Positions 10,412-22,608 are shown, counted from the stretch's first letter. The stretch is 64,000 nucleotides of DNA from Calditrichia bacterium (GCA_963796965.1 CAWCNS010000002.1:224001-288000); one strand, 5' to 3'. Notes: generated from the sequence alone by a model not told the origin. A program made the numbers and translations.

Positions 10412-12188
10412 TCAGCCTCCGGATCGGATACTTTTTTCTATTACCCCCCCTTTATTTGAATTGATTGAGATCTTATAGGGATAATTACCTGTAACAATCC
10501 AGCGTACATGAACCGTTCCCATTCCATCAATAGTATCAATCATTAGATTCTGAGGTTGGTATTTTTGCTCTTCGGCAATATCTAAATAAGGATTTTCAAC
10601 ATTCAATCCGGCAATAACTTTTAATCCTTTACCACTAATCGAGACTATGTCTGGCCTTGAAAATTTGTTTTTAATCTCATGATCTGATCTCGTTGGAAGA
10701 ACCCGGTCATTTCTTATTATAACATCAATCTGTTTCAATTCACCGGCTAATTTCTTGACATTAACTGAATCAACTGCCAACTGCGGCAAATGATAGGCAT
10801 GAAATAAGGTGAAGGCCATGTTTCGATGACACATGTCTTCTATCAGAAATGAAGGTGCCGTCCGGGTCCAGGCTTTTTTTGCGCCCCCGATTTCAATTTC
10901 ACCATATTGCGGATGTTTCACTTTTTTCCATTCAATAATACCTTCACCAAACAATAAGAGTTTATCAAAACGGTATACATCCTTTCTACTTCCAAAAAAT
11001 CCCTGGCTTTTACCCTCGGTTCTTCGAAAATAGTCAAAGGATGTCCAAAGTCTCATTTGTAAATGTAAAAATTCCTCGAGCACCGTAGAACCAGTCTAGC
11101 TCACCACCATATGCAGAGTATAGATCCTTATATACAACAAGATATTTATAGCCTGGTATAATCTCCTCACCGAGTTTCCCAAGAAAATCGTATTTCTCCA
11201 GATCCTGGTTTTGATATGTCACCTGATCATTTTCACCACCCGGGCCTCGTAATATCATACCAGCTGCATTATGATACGACTGTGCTCCCCCAATATTTGG
11301 ATGATCCATAACAAAATCGGTTACAGCTCTTGTCTCCGGTAAGGAAAACGGATACTGATCTGCACCATGCTGAACGTATGCAGGCTCCCAATTCCAACCC
11401 CAGTTCCGGTTCGGATCATAATAGCCAGGACCATCTTCATTCACCTCTCCATCACCATCGTTGTCGATTCCTTCCCAGCCTAACATTTCAAAACTGCCTT
11501 TTTCATCAATCGGCGCACGTACCATCGATCTGGGATCCTCTTTGTCTGGTTTCCAGCGACCATTGGGATTCTTTCTGCGCATCATAACAATATTCCCATC
11601 TCCATCAAGATCATCAAAACCATCCTCATCAAACATGCCATCACCATCATCATCTCTGGGTTTCATCCCGGATCTTGGTGAATGGGGTGTATTGGCCTCG
11701 TGAATATAATAATCCCGGGCATCAGGATTAATAGTTGGTACAATATAAAACGTCTTATTGTCGAGCAATTCTGCAATCCAGGGTACCCCTGCATTGTTTT
11801 CTGCCAGGTACCAGGCAGTATAGAGAGCAACTTCGGCCCCCTGGATTTCATTGGAATGAATATTACCATCGATATACATAGCCGGTTTACGATCGGCTTT
11901 GCCCTTTTTAAAATTAGAAACTGTCAATAAATATATGGCTCTACCTTCGAAAGACTTCCCGATTGAGCTGAATTGGACCAAATCGGGATAGGCCTCGGCC
12001 AGGCGATTGCAGATATCACCAATTTCTTTCCAATCGTAATAACGATTCCAGGCCACCTCAACCTTCGGATTATTAGGGGCCCCTAATGCTTTTAAAGAGC
12101 TGTTTGTCATCTCCCGACTACCCGTTTGTGCTGGCAGATCCTGTAATCCGACCAATGCCATAAAAAATATCAGTAATACGACTTTCAT
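10412..12188 (-). CDS. Secreted M14 zinc carboxypeptidase (frameshift near 11045)
   Basis: Signal peptide; GNIHSNE (HxxE), NPD, DPNRNW, QSYHN motifs; DxDGDG repeats; ORFs 11034-12221 plus 10412-11083. Confidence 0.85.
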
Positions 12189-12348
12189 CTTGTATCCTCT
12201 TTCGAAAAGTTGTTTAGTCAAAAATAGTCCACAAATAAATAATTCTTTTTAATAATAAAATTTGTGAAATTCGTTTGAATTCATGTCAGGCACAGCCTGC
12301 CTGCCCGGCTATGACGGGATCTGGAAAAAACGGATAATCCGTGGATAT

Positions 12349-14073
12349 CTATTTCTTTAAAGTAATTTTTTTAATTGTCTCTCCCGTCATAGGACTTCCG
12401 GCAGATATTTTGACAGTATCACCTGCTTGTCCCACGATGAGCCAATTAAATTCCTGGCTACCGCCACTTCCCGGTAAAATATCTATGAAATTCAGAACTT
12501 TTCCGCTGGCAAGGGTCTGATTTTTCTTTAAATCTAATGAAACCTTTACCTTCGGACACCATTTATTTGAGATACCGGCCTGTGGATTTGTGGCAAAATA
12601 TCCCTTGTTTCTGACAATCAAAGAAATGCGATAAACACTATCATCTAATTGTTTAATTTTTAGATCAGAAATCTCAATTCGAGGTAACCAGGAGCTCATC
12701 TTTGCCATGAACTTTTCAAAATTATGACTATTAATGGCTAGACTGTCTTTTGGTGGATTTAAATAAACCACTGGCTTGAAACCACCAACCTCGACTTTTT
12801 TATCAGGATAATCCGGATGTTTTATTTCTTTCCATTCGACAAATCCGGATTCCCGTCCGGATTTATTCCACCATTCCCATAAACGTTGTTCATACGTTTT
12901 TTTGCCATTTGGTGCATTTCCTGACTTCTTGTTTTTTTCGGAATTTGGAGAATCTGAATCCTTAGCATTCACCGAAGTATCCCTTGCGGATTTAACCAAA
13001 GGTGGCATCCATGCTAATGTACTAAAAGACCAACGTCCAAAGTGATAGTAAGCCCATTCACTAAAAGACCCGGAGCCTGATTCCACAACAGGGAGATCAA
13101 TAACACCAGAAATCTTTTTAAATTCATCAGAAATATATTTATAATAGGGGGCATCAGTCTTTTCCACCGCTTTATAGGGTTGCTGACCACGTCTTTTTTT
13201 ACTATCACCGGCTGGTTGTTTTGAAGGCTCCCACGGAGTTACCAGATTATCATTCGGTGAAAAGGAAAAGACAGCAACGATATTTGGGTGGGCAAAAGCA
13301 AAATCAGCCACAGCGCGGGTTTCAATTTCTGAGATTTGATGGAGACCGGAACCAATCTCAAAAAATTTATAGTTGTAAGTAAAATTCATATTAAAATTCA
13401 CACCACCGGGCTCATCTTCATTAAGTTTACCATCACCATCATTATCGAACCCTTCACGAACCAACTTGTATACACCTGGTTCGCCTTTATTGATATCAGC
13501 TTTACGCAATAATCCCGGATAATTCTCATCCTCAATCCATTCACCACCCCTATCAGTGATCCTCATCTTTGTAATCAGACCATCTTTATTTAAATCATCA
13601 TAGCCATCCTCATCAACTTTCCCATCGGCATCCAGATCCAGAGATCTATTGTTAAGGGATCTTGTATATGCCGGATTTAAAAAGAGTGCCTCTGTTGCGT
13701 CCGGATTGACACGCGGGAAAATATAAAATGTCGTAAGGTCAACCATCGATGTAACACTATCATTCTTACCATAGTTGGTGACACTCGATTTTATAAATTG
13801 CATAATTAGTTCTGTTCCAGCCAGATCGGTTCCATTTACATCTCCAACCAGAAGTATGGCTGGTTTTTTCTCCTGCTCTCCGGAACCCAATTTCAGCATT
13901 AGAACCTGTCTCCCACCTAAGGTTGTGCCATGACTTTCTAATTGGACAAGGGTAGGATGGGTTTTTGCAATTTCTTCAAGATTATCTTTAAGAGTTTCAA
14001 AATCTGGATAGGTGCCAGGCTGAGCGAAAAGGGAACCTGCAAGAACAATAAATGTAAATACTTTTAACTTCAT
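12349..14073 (-). CDS. Secreted M14-fold protein lacking recognisable Zn ligands
   Basis: Same architecture as its neighbour (NPD, DxDGDG, ET.AV.DF, HP.Y..EVGG) but GDVNGTD and VFSFS at the ligand positions. Confidence 0.8.
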   Translation of the reverse strand: MKLKVFTFIVLAGSLFAQPGTYPDFETLKDNLEEIAKTHPTLVQLESHGTTLGGRQVLMLKLGSGEQEKKPAILLVGDVNGTDLAGTELIMQFIKSSVTNYGKNDSVTSMVDLTTFYIFPRVNPDATEALFLNPAYTRSLNNRSLDLDADGKVDEDGYDDLNKDGLITKMRITDRGGEWIEDENYPGLLRKADINKGEPGVYKLVREGFDNDGDGKLNEDEPGGVNFNMNFTYNYKFFEIGSGLHQISEIETRAVADFAFAHPNIVAVFSFSPNDNLVTPWEPSKQPAGDSKKRRGQQPYKAVEKTDAPYYKYISDEFKKISGVIDLPVVESGSGSFSEWAYYHFGRWSFSTLAWMPPLVKSARDTSVNAKDSDSPNSEKNKKSGNAPNGKKTYEQRLWEWWNKSGRESGFVEWKEIKHPDYPDKKVEVGGFKPVVYLNPPKDSLAINSHNFEKFMAKMSSWLPRIEISDLKIKQLDDSVYRISLIVRNKGYFATNPQAGISNKWCPKVKVSLDLKKNQTLASGKVLNFIDILPGSGGSQEFNWLIVGQAGDTVKISAGSPMTGETIKKITLKK

Positions 14074-14454
14074 TAGATATTCCTCAATATTAATTCAGAG
14101 ATCGATATATTGTCATAATAACAAATTTCGGAAGTTGGTTACACCCGGATTAAGAGGTTCTTTAATGATAAAATATAACCACGGACTTACAGGGAAGACA
14201 TATTATTTTGTTTATTATTAAATATCATTGTTTAATTTTATTTTAATATTTTGCTTGCAATCCGTGAGAATCTGTGTATTTCCGTGGTAAAAGTTTATTT
14301 TTACACAACCTTTTAATCGTGTCGTTACAAAATTCTTAAATATAGATCCTTAAATCCGAATAAGGTACTTATGTATTCGTATAATAAATGGGATGAACAG
14401 ATATTCTAAAACGCACATGAGTCGAATATTCATCCGCAATTTTAATTTATTATT

Positions 14455-14964
14455 TTACCAAATATTTTTATGGACTCTGGCTTCGCGATACCTGTTCTCT
14501 TCCGGTTTTTCCTCAGCCGGATGGCCAATTGCAATAATCGATATTGGAATAATTGACTCTGGCAACTCCAATAGTTTACTTAATTTTGCCATCCGATCGT
14601 TTCGTGGATAAATTCCCAACCACACCGCTCCTAAATCTAAACCATGTGCGGCCAATAATATATTTTGCGTCGCTGCTGCACAATTCAAGGCCAGATATTC
14701 AGAACTTTTCTCAATATTAGTATCACCACAGACTGTAATTGCCAATGGGGCATGGTTGAGCATAGAGGCATAACGATGAAATCTGGAAATAGCCTTCAAA
14801 ATCTCACGATTATCAATAACAACAAAATGCCAGGGTTGTGCATTGTGAGCGGATGGGGCTTGCATGGCGGCTTGTAAAAGTTTTTCACAGAGCTGATCAG
14901 TTACAGTTTCATCTTTAAATTTTCTGATACTTCTTCGTGTCATTATTGATTTATAAACTTCCAT
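14455..14964 (-). CDS. Nitroreductase family protein
   Basis: RRSIRKF, APSAHNAQPW, LGAVWLG motifs. Confidence 0.93.
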   Translation of the reverse strand: MEVYKSIMTRRSIRKFKDETVTDQLCEKLLQAAMQAPSAHNAQPWHFVVIDNREILKAISRFHRYASMLNHAPLAITVCGDTNIEKSSEYLALNCAAATQNILLAAHGLDLGAVWLGIYPRNDRMAKLSKLLELPESIIPISIIAIGHPAEEKPEENRYREARVHKNIW

Positions 14965-15003
14965 GTCGGCTCCGTATATTTATAAAACAATTAAAAAGAG
15001 TGC

Positions 15004-16428
15004 TCATATGGCAGCTGCCCCATCAGATGTTATACATGGAATGATATAGTTTTCCGTATTTTCTATCCCTTTTGGCAGATAAAAGGTTTCTCTCATATTC
15101 GTTATGAGCTTTTCTTTATTTTTTTTATCACATAAGGTGAGAATCATACCACCAAAACCTGCACCCATCAATCGAGCGCCAGGGACGCCCAGAGCGCCCA
15201 GTCTATTTAATAGAGAATCTACTTCCGGAGTTGATACTTCATATTCCTGAGAAAGACTTTTATGAGATTCATTTAATAATTGACCCATCCCCGATATATC
15301 CATATTCTGAAGGCATTCAATCATTTTGTCCACCCTCTGACATTCAGAATATACATGATTAAAGCGTCCTTTTATTTTAAATCCATCGTGAGGTTCTGAT
15401 AATTCATCTCCTCTCAGAATATGTTGACACTTTTCTTCAACCTCCCTCTGAGTCGAATTAAGCAACTCTAATACTTCTCTTAATTCATAGGATCTTTTTA
15501 ATTGGTTTATAAAATCAGACACAAGGTTGTTCAAATCAATTTTACTCAGATGAAAGTAATCGGTCTTGATCTCTCCAATATACTGAACGGGTTGAAATTT
15601 TGGCTTTATTTGATTTTCGAGATATAGATTAAATAAATTTACTCCTAATTTGCACTCTAATACCCTGCGGTTGTATTCTCCTCTGGCAGACTGACTCTTT
15701 TTGGCTTCTACCAATGAATGAAATAGTATTAGATTTATATCAGTTGGAGCGGTAATTGTTTCTACCTTTATGGGATTAAATTCTATCTTTAAAAATGAAT
15801 CTTTCTTACCCAAAAGAGAAGCAGCTTGATCCATGCCACCACCGGCAGTCCCAACAAAATGTTCTGCATTGGCACAAATTTCTGCTAGTTTTAATTTGTC
15901 CAACTCAATTTGATTTACAATTACAAGAGAGAGAGCACCGGCAACAACCAAAGCAGATGAGCTGGAGATACCTGCGGCCAAGGGTAGCGTGCTTGATACA
16001 ATAGCCTCATATCCCTTTATCTCCGTTTTATGAGAATCAGATTGTCCTAAATAATCGAGGATTCCCTTAATCCCTGCTTTGACATAATTTCCCCAATTTC
16101 CTTTTGAATAGGGCAGGATTGGTTGATCAAGGGAAAATTGGATTTTTTCAAATTCCGGAGAAATATTTGATATACGAATTTCAGGTGAATATGCTCTTTT
16201 TAAACAAAACAGAATTTCTCTGTCAATGGCACAGGGCAGAACTGGTCCCATATTATAGTCTGTATGCTCACCGATAAGGTTCACTCTTCCCGGGGCTTTT
16301 ACAAACCAAATATCATCATCCGGTTGAAAGGATTTTTCAATGTAGTTTAAAAGAGAAGTATGTTTTTTTAATACGGAATGTTTAGAGAAAAATTCTTTGT
16401 CAATTTCCGCACACTTTCGATGTATCAT
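15004..16428 (-). CDS. galK: Galactokinase / N-acetylgalactosamine kinase-like GHMP kinase
   Basis: PGRVNLIGEHTDY, PLAAGISSSSA, GGGMDQ, GARLMGAGFGG motifs. Confidence 0.85.
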   Translation of the reverse strand: MIHRKCAEIDKEFFSKHSVLKKHTSLLNYIEKSFQPDDDIWFVKAPGRVNLIGEHTDYNMGPVLPCAIDREILFCLKRAYSPEIRISNISPEFEKIQFSLDQPILPYSKGNWGNYVKAGIKGILDYLGQSDSHKTEIKGYEAIVSSTLPLAAGISSSSALVVAGALSLVIVNQIELDKLKLAEICANAEHFVGTAGGGMDQAASLLGKKDSFLKIEFNPIKVETITAPTDINLILFHSLVEAKKSQSARGEYNRRVLECKLGVNLFNLYLENQIKPKFQPVQYIGEIKTDYFHLSKIDLNNLVSDFINQLKRSYELREVLELLNSTQREVEEKCQHILRGDELSEPHDGFKIKGRFNHVYSECQRVDKMIECLQNMDISGMGQLLNESHKSLSQEYEVSTPEVDSLLNRLGALGVPGARLMGAGFGGMILTLCDKKNKEKLITNMRETFYLPKGIENTENYIIPCITSDGAAAI

Positions 16429-16484
16429 CCTATCCTTATAAAGTTATAATCTCATCAATTTATGATCGCAAAAGTTTATTCTGC

Positions 16485-17594
16485 TTAAATTCTTATAAAT
16501 ATTTTTCTTTTATACATCCAGAATGTGATGTACCATAAACAAAACCACACAACAAATCCTGTAATTATCTCAGCAGTTAAAATTCCCATCCATGTAAACA
16601 GTCCCATGGTAAATGGTTTGACAATGGTATGGATAAATTTAGCGCCACCTACATGAGCAAAAAGATAAATGAATAACGGATTCATACCAACAATGATCAT
16701 GGGTTTTGCCCAATTCTGATATTTTTTGATATCGATCAGCCAGTAGCAGAGCGCTAATACCAGTAGAGTCCAGCCACCACTATATATAACAAAAGAGGAT
16801 GTACTGATTCGTTTGATGATTGGTGTGACGTAGTCCAATGCATACCCACAGAGCACCCCTATAAGACCGGCAATAATCAAGACTTTTAACTTTTGCCGCG
16901 CAGGACGGTTCGTCATTAGGAATTGCCCTGTGATCACACCCCAGATGGTGTGTGCAGCCGTCGGGAAAGCATTAAAGTTAACCCAATGGCCTCCCGATAA
17001 TTCACCTGAAACCAACATGTCAAACCAGGCCCCAAAATTTTTGTCCGGTGTGAATGGCTGATCAAAACCAACCACTGGAAAACTACGGTAGATAAACTCC
17101 ACAGCAATCAAGATCAGGATTGAAATTATAAACTGTGTTTTCCAGGGCTGTCTCATCAGCAGAAAAGCAATAATATAAGTGACACTCAGCTGGGCAAGAA
17201 CATTTTGAAAGCGAAATGTAATATATCCCGGACCAATACAATACAACGCCCAACCTAAAATGAGCAAGATAATAGATCTTTTTATCGCGTGTTTTCGGAT
17301 ATCGGAATAGCTATCGCCACGTGCAGTTCGCTTACTTACTGAGAACGGTATTGCCACACCAACAATAAACATAAAAAAAGGCTGAATCAGGTCCCAAAAC
17401 CTAAAACCATGCCAGGGATGATGATCAAATTGTTCACCAATAAAATGAATAACGGTACCTTGAAGATTTGGATCGATCATGGTCTTAAATAGGATTGTCC
17501 CCTCTGCAATGAGCAGAAACATTGTAAAACCACGAAAAAAGTCCAGAGAGATCAATCTGTTTTCATCTTCCACGGCATTATTATTATTTACCAT
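16485..17594 (-). CDS. DUF5009 / heparan-alpha-glucosaminide N-acetyltransferase-like membrane acyltransferase
   Basis: RLISLDFFRG, HHPWHG..WDLIQPFFMFIVG, PIIKRISTSSF, GMNPLFIY motifs. Confidence 0.85.
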   Translation of the reverse strand: MVNNNNAVEDENRLISLDFFRGFTMFLLIAEGTILFKTMIDPNLQGTVIHFIGEQFDHHPWHGFRFWDLIQPFFMFIVGVAIPFSVSKRTARGDSYSDIRKHAIKRSIILLILGWALYCIGPGYITFRFQNVLAQLSVTYIIAFLLMRQPWKTQFIISILILIAVEFIYRSFPVVGFDQPFTPDKNFGAWFDMLVSGELSGGHWVNFNAFPTAAHTIWGVITGQFLMTNRPARQKLKVLIIAGLIGVLCGYALDYVTPIIKRISTSSFVIYSGGWTLLVLALCYWLIDIKKYQNWAKPMIIVGMNPLFIYLFAHVGGAKFIHTIVKPFTMGLFTWMGILTAEIITGFVVWFCLWYITFWMYKRKIFIRI

Positions 17595-17634
17595 ATATCT
17601 CCCTTAAATTCTACTAATGAAAAACTTTCATTTT

Positions 17635-18324
17635 CTATCTGTCTAACACACTTATAATTTCAGAAAGTGAATCGACAATTATATCTGCATTCTTCAACCT
17701 GCTCATGCTGAAATACTCATTTTTCAGGGCAATACAAAAAAGATTATTTGATTTTGCACTGAGAATCCCCGCTTCAGAATCTTCAATGGCCAGGCAATTC
17801 TCTTTCTTCTCACCAAGCATAGATAGTGCTGTACGATATAAATCAGGTGCGGGCTTTTTTTCCGCCACTTCATCCCCGCTGACAGAAATACTAAAAATAT
17901 CTTTAAAATTTAAAGGGTAATTTCCATTTTGAGTGAGATTTGCCAGAATTACATCTACCTGCTCTCTAACCGAGGAAGATGCTAATGCTACCCGAACACC
18001 TTTTTTCTGACAGAATTCAATCAATTCAATCAATCCTTCTAATGGCTCTAATTCCCTCTGGTTTATCAATTCAAGATAAATCCGGTCTCTGGCATTTACA
18101 CCCTCGCTAATCTCAAGAGGATTATTGGTAAGATACATATCATTAATGGTTTGAATGTTATGATCAATGGAGTATCCTACCAGGTTGTCTATAAATTTAT
18201 CAGTATAGGAAACATTTAACTGGTTTAAAAATATCCGGAAGGCCTCTACATGTATAGGTTCGCTATCAACGATTACCCCATCCATATCAAAGATTATTGC
18301 TTTCAAATTAACAGGTAAAGACAT
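17635..18324 (-). CDS. HAD family phosphatase (beta-phosphoglucomutase-like)
   Basis: FDMDGVIVDSE, KKPAPD, IEDS..G motifs. Confidence 0.9.
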   Translation of the reverse strand: MSLPVNLKAIIFDMDGVIVDSEPIHVEAFRIFLNQLNVSYTDKFIDNLVGYSIDHNIQTINDMYLTNNPLEISEGVNARDRIYLELINQRELEPLEGLIELIEFCQKKGVRVALASSSVREQVDVILANLTQNGNYPLNFKDIFSISVSGDEVAEKKPAPDLYRTALSMLGEKKENCLAIEDSEAGILSAKSNNLFCIALKNEYFSMSRLKNADIIVDSLSEIISVLDR

Positions 18325-18666
18325 TTTTATATCTTTCTAATAAATATATTTATATGAGAGACGGTTTCATGAGTCGTAAATTTTGGATTTGTGGTTCCCC
18401 CCTAAGTGAGGGCTTAAGACCTGTGTACATCTCTTCATTTTGGTATTACAATAATTTAAGACCGGATTAAATATATACCAATTGAAATTCTTGTTACTTA
18501 TAAGATAAATAGGCAGTCATACAACATGTGAGCCCTTTGTAGGGGCCACTTTTGTTTATGGCATTGATCACAACACCCTTTTATTTTGTTCATAAGTTAA
18601 ATAATGATTACTTTTTGCCATATTAAAGAGGGAAATCAATAAATCTTTAACAATACACTTAATTCC

Positions 18667-19323
18667 ATGTGGAAGCTAAGAATACTCATTTATATTGCAT
18701 TTATTTTTTACGGTCTTTCTCAATCGGAAGAGGCCATCGCCCAAGTAAGGTCTCTGGATATTATGGGAGGGTTTGTCTACAATATTAATTCCCCCCTCCT
18801 GATTCTCCAGGAAGGAAGAGATAACCTTATCCTAAATGCAGATTATGAAACCAAATCCTTTGAAAAAATCCCCTATTTTGTAATCCGACTGAATTATAAA
18901 ACAAGTAATATTCTCCTTGAACTTCAATATATACACCACAAAATAAATCTGACCAATACGAGCAGTGAGATCCAAGATTTTGAGATCTCAGACGGATTTA
19001 ATATTATTTCTATCAATTACCGCTTAATGACAAAATATCTCGATTTTCGATTTGGGCTGGGAGCAGCAATAACCTATTGCAAATCAACGATACGTGGATA
19101 TAATTATTCTCCAACAGGTGGGGTATTCAATAGCGGTTACTATATCGCCGGGCCGGTTTTGCTTTTCGGAGTGAATAAAGAATTTGATCTATCAAAACAT
19201 TTCTACCTGAATGCCGAGGCTCAATTTACATCCGCCTGGGTATTAGTTCCAGTGGCAGCGGGATATGGGTATGTATCTAATTTTGCCCTACACTTGATGT
19301 TAGGTCTGGGCTATACGTTTTAA
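18667..19323 (+). CDS. Hypothetical outer-membrane beta-barrel protein
   Basis: Signal peptide, alternating beta-strand pattern, C-terminal LGYTF. Confidence 0.65.
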   Translation: MWKLRILIYIAFIFYGLSQSEEAIAQVRSLDIMGGFVYNINSPLLILQEGRDNLILNADYETKSFEKIPYFVIRLNYKTSNILLELQYIHHKINLTNTSSEIQDFEISDGFNIISINYRLMTKYLDFRFGLGAAITYCKSTIRGYNYSPTGGVFNSGYYIAGPVLLFGVNKEFDLSKHFYLNAEAQFTSAWVLVPVAAGYGYVSNFALHLMLGLGYTF

Positions 19324-19606
19324 AAATCCTCTCGCAAAAACGCAGATTTTTTCCACGAATTACACAAATTTCGACGAATTTCACGAATTGTTTTATTAGA
19401 ATTTAAATGATTCTATGTTCTTAATGTGCAGTTTGTACCACCTGCAGTTTGTAATCCTAAAACAATTACGATCTTTATTTACAGATAAATATTGTTGATT
19501 TTATAAAACATAAACAAGTAAAGTATTAGTTAAATCTTTTAACTTTAAACATACAAGCCGGCGAAGCACACGAAGAATTCTTTAGAATTTTTTCTTCGTG
19601 CTCTTC

Positions 19607-19659
19607 CTCCGAAGGAGTCCCTTCGGGAATGAACTTCTGCCATAGGCATCCCTTCGGGA
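19607..19659 (+). mobile_element. Two 22-nt double-hairpin mini-inserts (19607-19628, 19638-19659) inside a CTTCGTG repeat
   Basis: CTCC-GAA-GGAG-TCCC-TTC-GGGA and TGCC-ATA-GGCA-TCCC-TTC-GGGA; removing them restores cttcgtgctcttc-atgaacttc-gtggtaaa. Confidence 0.65.
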
Positions 19660-19762
19660 GTGGTAAATATTATTTAATTTCTAAATCTGAACGGACAAAA
19701 GTCGTTGCCCATTCGAAAGGTAAACTCAAGATAAATTTTTGTAGAATAAAATCAGTGTTTAT

Positions 19763-21316
19763 CTATAAATCCTTATACTGTTTTTTTAGCTCCTGCAGCC
19801 TTTTTTTCAACTCCAGGATTTTTTCTTCATAATCAGGATTATTATAGAGATTATTCATTTCATTGGGATCTTCCTGGAGATCATATAATTCCCAATCATC
19901 GATATCATTATAAAAATGTATAAGTTTATAGCGGTCCGTGCGTATACCATAATGTCTTTTTACATCATGCCAGCCATGAGGATATTCATAGTAATGATAA
20001 TAAACGGCGTCTCTCCAGGAATTCGCTTTATTGTTGAAAATAGGTAAAAGTGATAATCCCTGCATTTCGTCAGGAATATCAAGTCCCGCCAATTCAAGAA
20101 ACGTGGACGCAAAGTCCAGATTCATAACTAATTTATCTGAAGCAACCCCAGCGGGAATGACATTCGGGTAGCGAATTAGCAATGGCGTACCAAAAGACTC
20201 TTCATACATAAATCTTTTATCATACCAGCCATGTTCACCCAGGTAAAATCCCTGGTCAGATGTATAAACAACGATTGTATTTTCCGCTAATCCTGATTCA
20301 TCAAGATAATCGAGTATCCGTCCAATATTCTCGTCTACTGAGACAATACACCGCAGGTAGTCCTTAATATAACGTTGATACTTCCACTCGGCGAGTGCCC
20401 TACCGGATAACTTTTTCTTACGAAAATCCTCTATTAAGGGTCTATAATGTTTATCCCATTCAGATCTTTGTTTTTTGGTCAATCGCCCGTAGATACCCTT
20501 CCAACCTTCACGCGGATCGAAACCGGCTTTTCCCCCGGAATCACTATCATTCTCATCAGAAATATCCATTTTAAGGTCATATGAATTCCATAGTTTTGCA
20601 ATTTGCATATCCTGTTCCCTTGCCGCATCAGAACGGGTTTTATAATCATCGAAAAAAGTCTCTGGCAGAGGGAATTCTTTGTCTTTGAACAAGGGAAGAT
20701 GTTTAAGATCGGGCATCCAGTTGCGGTGCGGTGCTTTATGATAAAGCAACATACAAAAGGGTTTCTTTTTATCTCTTCTTTCTAATGTCTGTATGGCATA
20801 GTCTGTAATTATATTGGTGGCATAACCCTCAACCTGAAGCGTATCCCCCATTTCAATAAAAGTTGGATTATAGTATTGCCCCTGTCCGGGTAGAATATTC
20901 CAGTAATCAAAATCGCTGGGGATTGATTTCAGATGCCATTTCCCTACAATTGCCGTAAAATATCCCGCCTTCCTGAAGAAATCCCGGAAAGGTTGTTTGG
21001 TTCGGGATTAAATACATCGCGGTTATCCCGCAATCCATTTAAGATGGCTATATTTCCCGGTAAGGATCACTGCCCTGCTGGGTGCACATATGGAATTGGT
21101 AACAAATGCATTTTCAAACGCGATACCCTCTGAGGCAATTCTGTCAATATTTGGTGTCTGTATTAACCTATTGCTATAATGGCTTATAGCCGCTTTTGCA
21201 TGATCATCAGACATAATCAGAAGTATATTGGGGCGTGAATCCTTACATGAATTCAAGACTATTAACAGTATTGTTAGTGTCAAGAATATAAAAAACTTCT
21301 TCGTACTGAGACTCAT
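19763..21316 (-). CDS. Formylglycine-dependent sulfatase (frameshifts at about 20960-21040)
   Basis: [15 protein letters not shown] (CxPxR), GKWHL, YTSDQG..GEHG..DKR motifs. Confidence 0.9.
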
Positions 21317-21516
21317 ATGATCCCTCACTGTTAAGAATTTAAATTGTCTGAATTAGAAGCTTAGATATTTCTTACGCCATATTTCCATTAGTGTTAATTA
21401 ACCAGGCCCGAATGTTAAAATAATTCCCAATGATTCAATACTAAAATCTATATATTTTGAATTTGGAAATTGGATATTCAATTGACATTGAGATTATGTC
21501 ATTTAACATTAGCTGT

Positions 21517-21544
21517 TGGAACCTTTTCAGTCATTCAGCGTATA
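21517..21544 (+). promoter_or_regulatory. Candidate ECF-sigma promoter upstream of the PDZ gene
   Basis: TGGAAC-N16-CGTATA, similar to the sigmaW-type TGAAAC-N16-CGTA. Confidence 0.4.
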
Positions 21545-21620
21545 ATTTTCTTCAATATATCTTTCAAAATCTGCCAAAAATAATCTACTTATGCAATCAT
21601 TTAAATAGGGAGGATTCTCT

Positions 21621-22608
21621 ATGAAGTTTTTTACATTATTTTTAGCCTTAATATTGGTTTTTTCATTTGGTTCAAATTTATTTGCTGCAGATGAGAAAAA
21701 AATTGAAAAGAAAATTCTGGTAAAAACTACCGAGAAAAAAGTCAGGTTTGGGAGTCGTTGTTTCAACTACAGCAAAGGGAGACATAGAAAAAGCTGATGA
21801 AGAAGGTGCAAAAATTTTAGAAGTTTTTAAAGGAAGCGAAGCTGATGCGATTGGTCTTAAAAAAGGCGATATAATCGTTGAATTAAATGGTAAAAAAATT
21901 ACACGACCATCTGATCTAATGGATCAAATGAATGAGACAGAAGAGGGTGAAAAAATAAATCTGAAAATCGTAAGAGATGGTAAGGAATATTCTTTTAAAG
22001 CCACTTTAAAGCCATTCCAGGGAAACGGCTATGCTTTTCATTCGGAGGATATGGATAATGATGTCATGTTCAACATGGTCAAAGCACCCCATGGAGGAGA
22101 TTATACCCATTTTTTCCGCACTGGTGATGCACAATCCGTTCATAAAAAAGGCGGTTATCTTGGCGTCCAGGTTAAGGGTTTGTCCGAGCAATTACAGAAA
22201 TATTTTGAAGTTCAGAATGGCGTACTAATTGAAGAAGTGATGAAGGATTCTCCGGCAGAGAAAGCAGGCTTAAAAGCAGGCGATGTCATTACTTCTATCA
22301 ATGATCGCAGAATTGAAGATGCTGAAGATCTGATCAGGACAATCAATTATTTTAATCCTGAAGAAGAAGTTGAGGTAGTTTTTAATCGTAAAGGTGATAA
22401 AAAGGAAGTAAATGCCGTTTTAGATAAGAAACCTGGATTTTCCTGGACGGCAATGAAAGCTATGGGCCCTAAAAAAATTGAATGGATCGATGAAGCAGAT
22501 CCGGATGCTGTCATTATAAAAGAGGGCGGTCCATTAAAGACCATTGAAATAAAAAGAGGAGATGGTGATGAACTGATAGAGATTTCGGAGGAAATACTTA
22601 TTTTTTAA
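21621..22608 (+). CDS. Secreted tandem-PDZ protein without protease domain (frameshift near 21740)
   Basis: GGGAGG RBS and signal peptide MKFFTLFLALILVFSFG from 21621; two PDZ units (GLGV..GLKKGDII; YLGV..SPAEKAGLKAGDVI). Confidence 0.8.
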
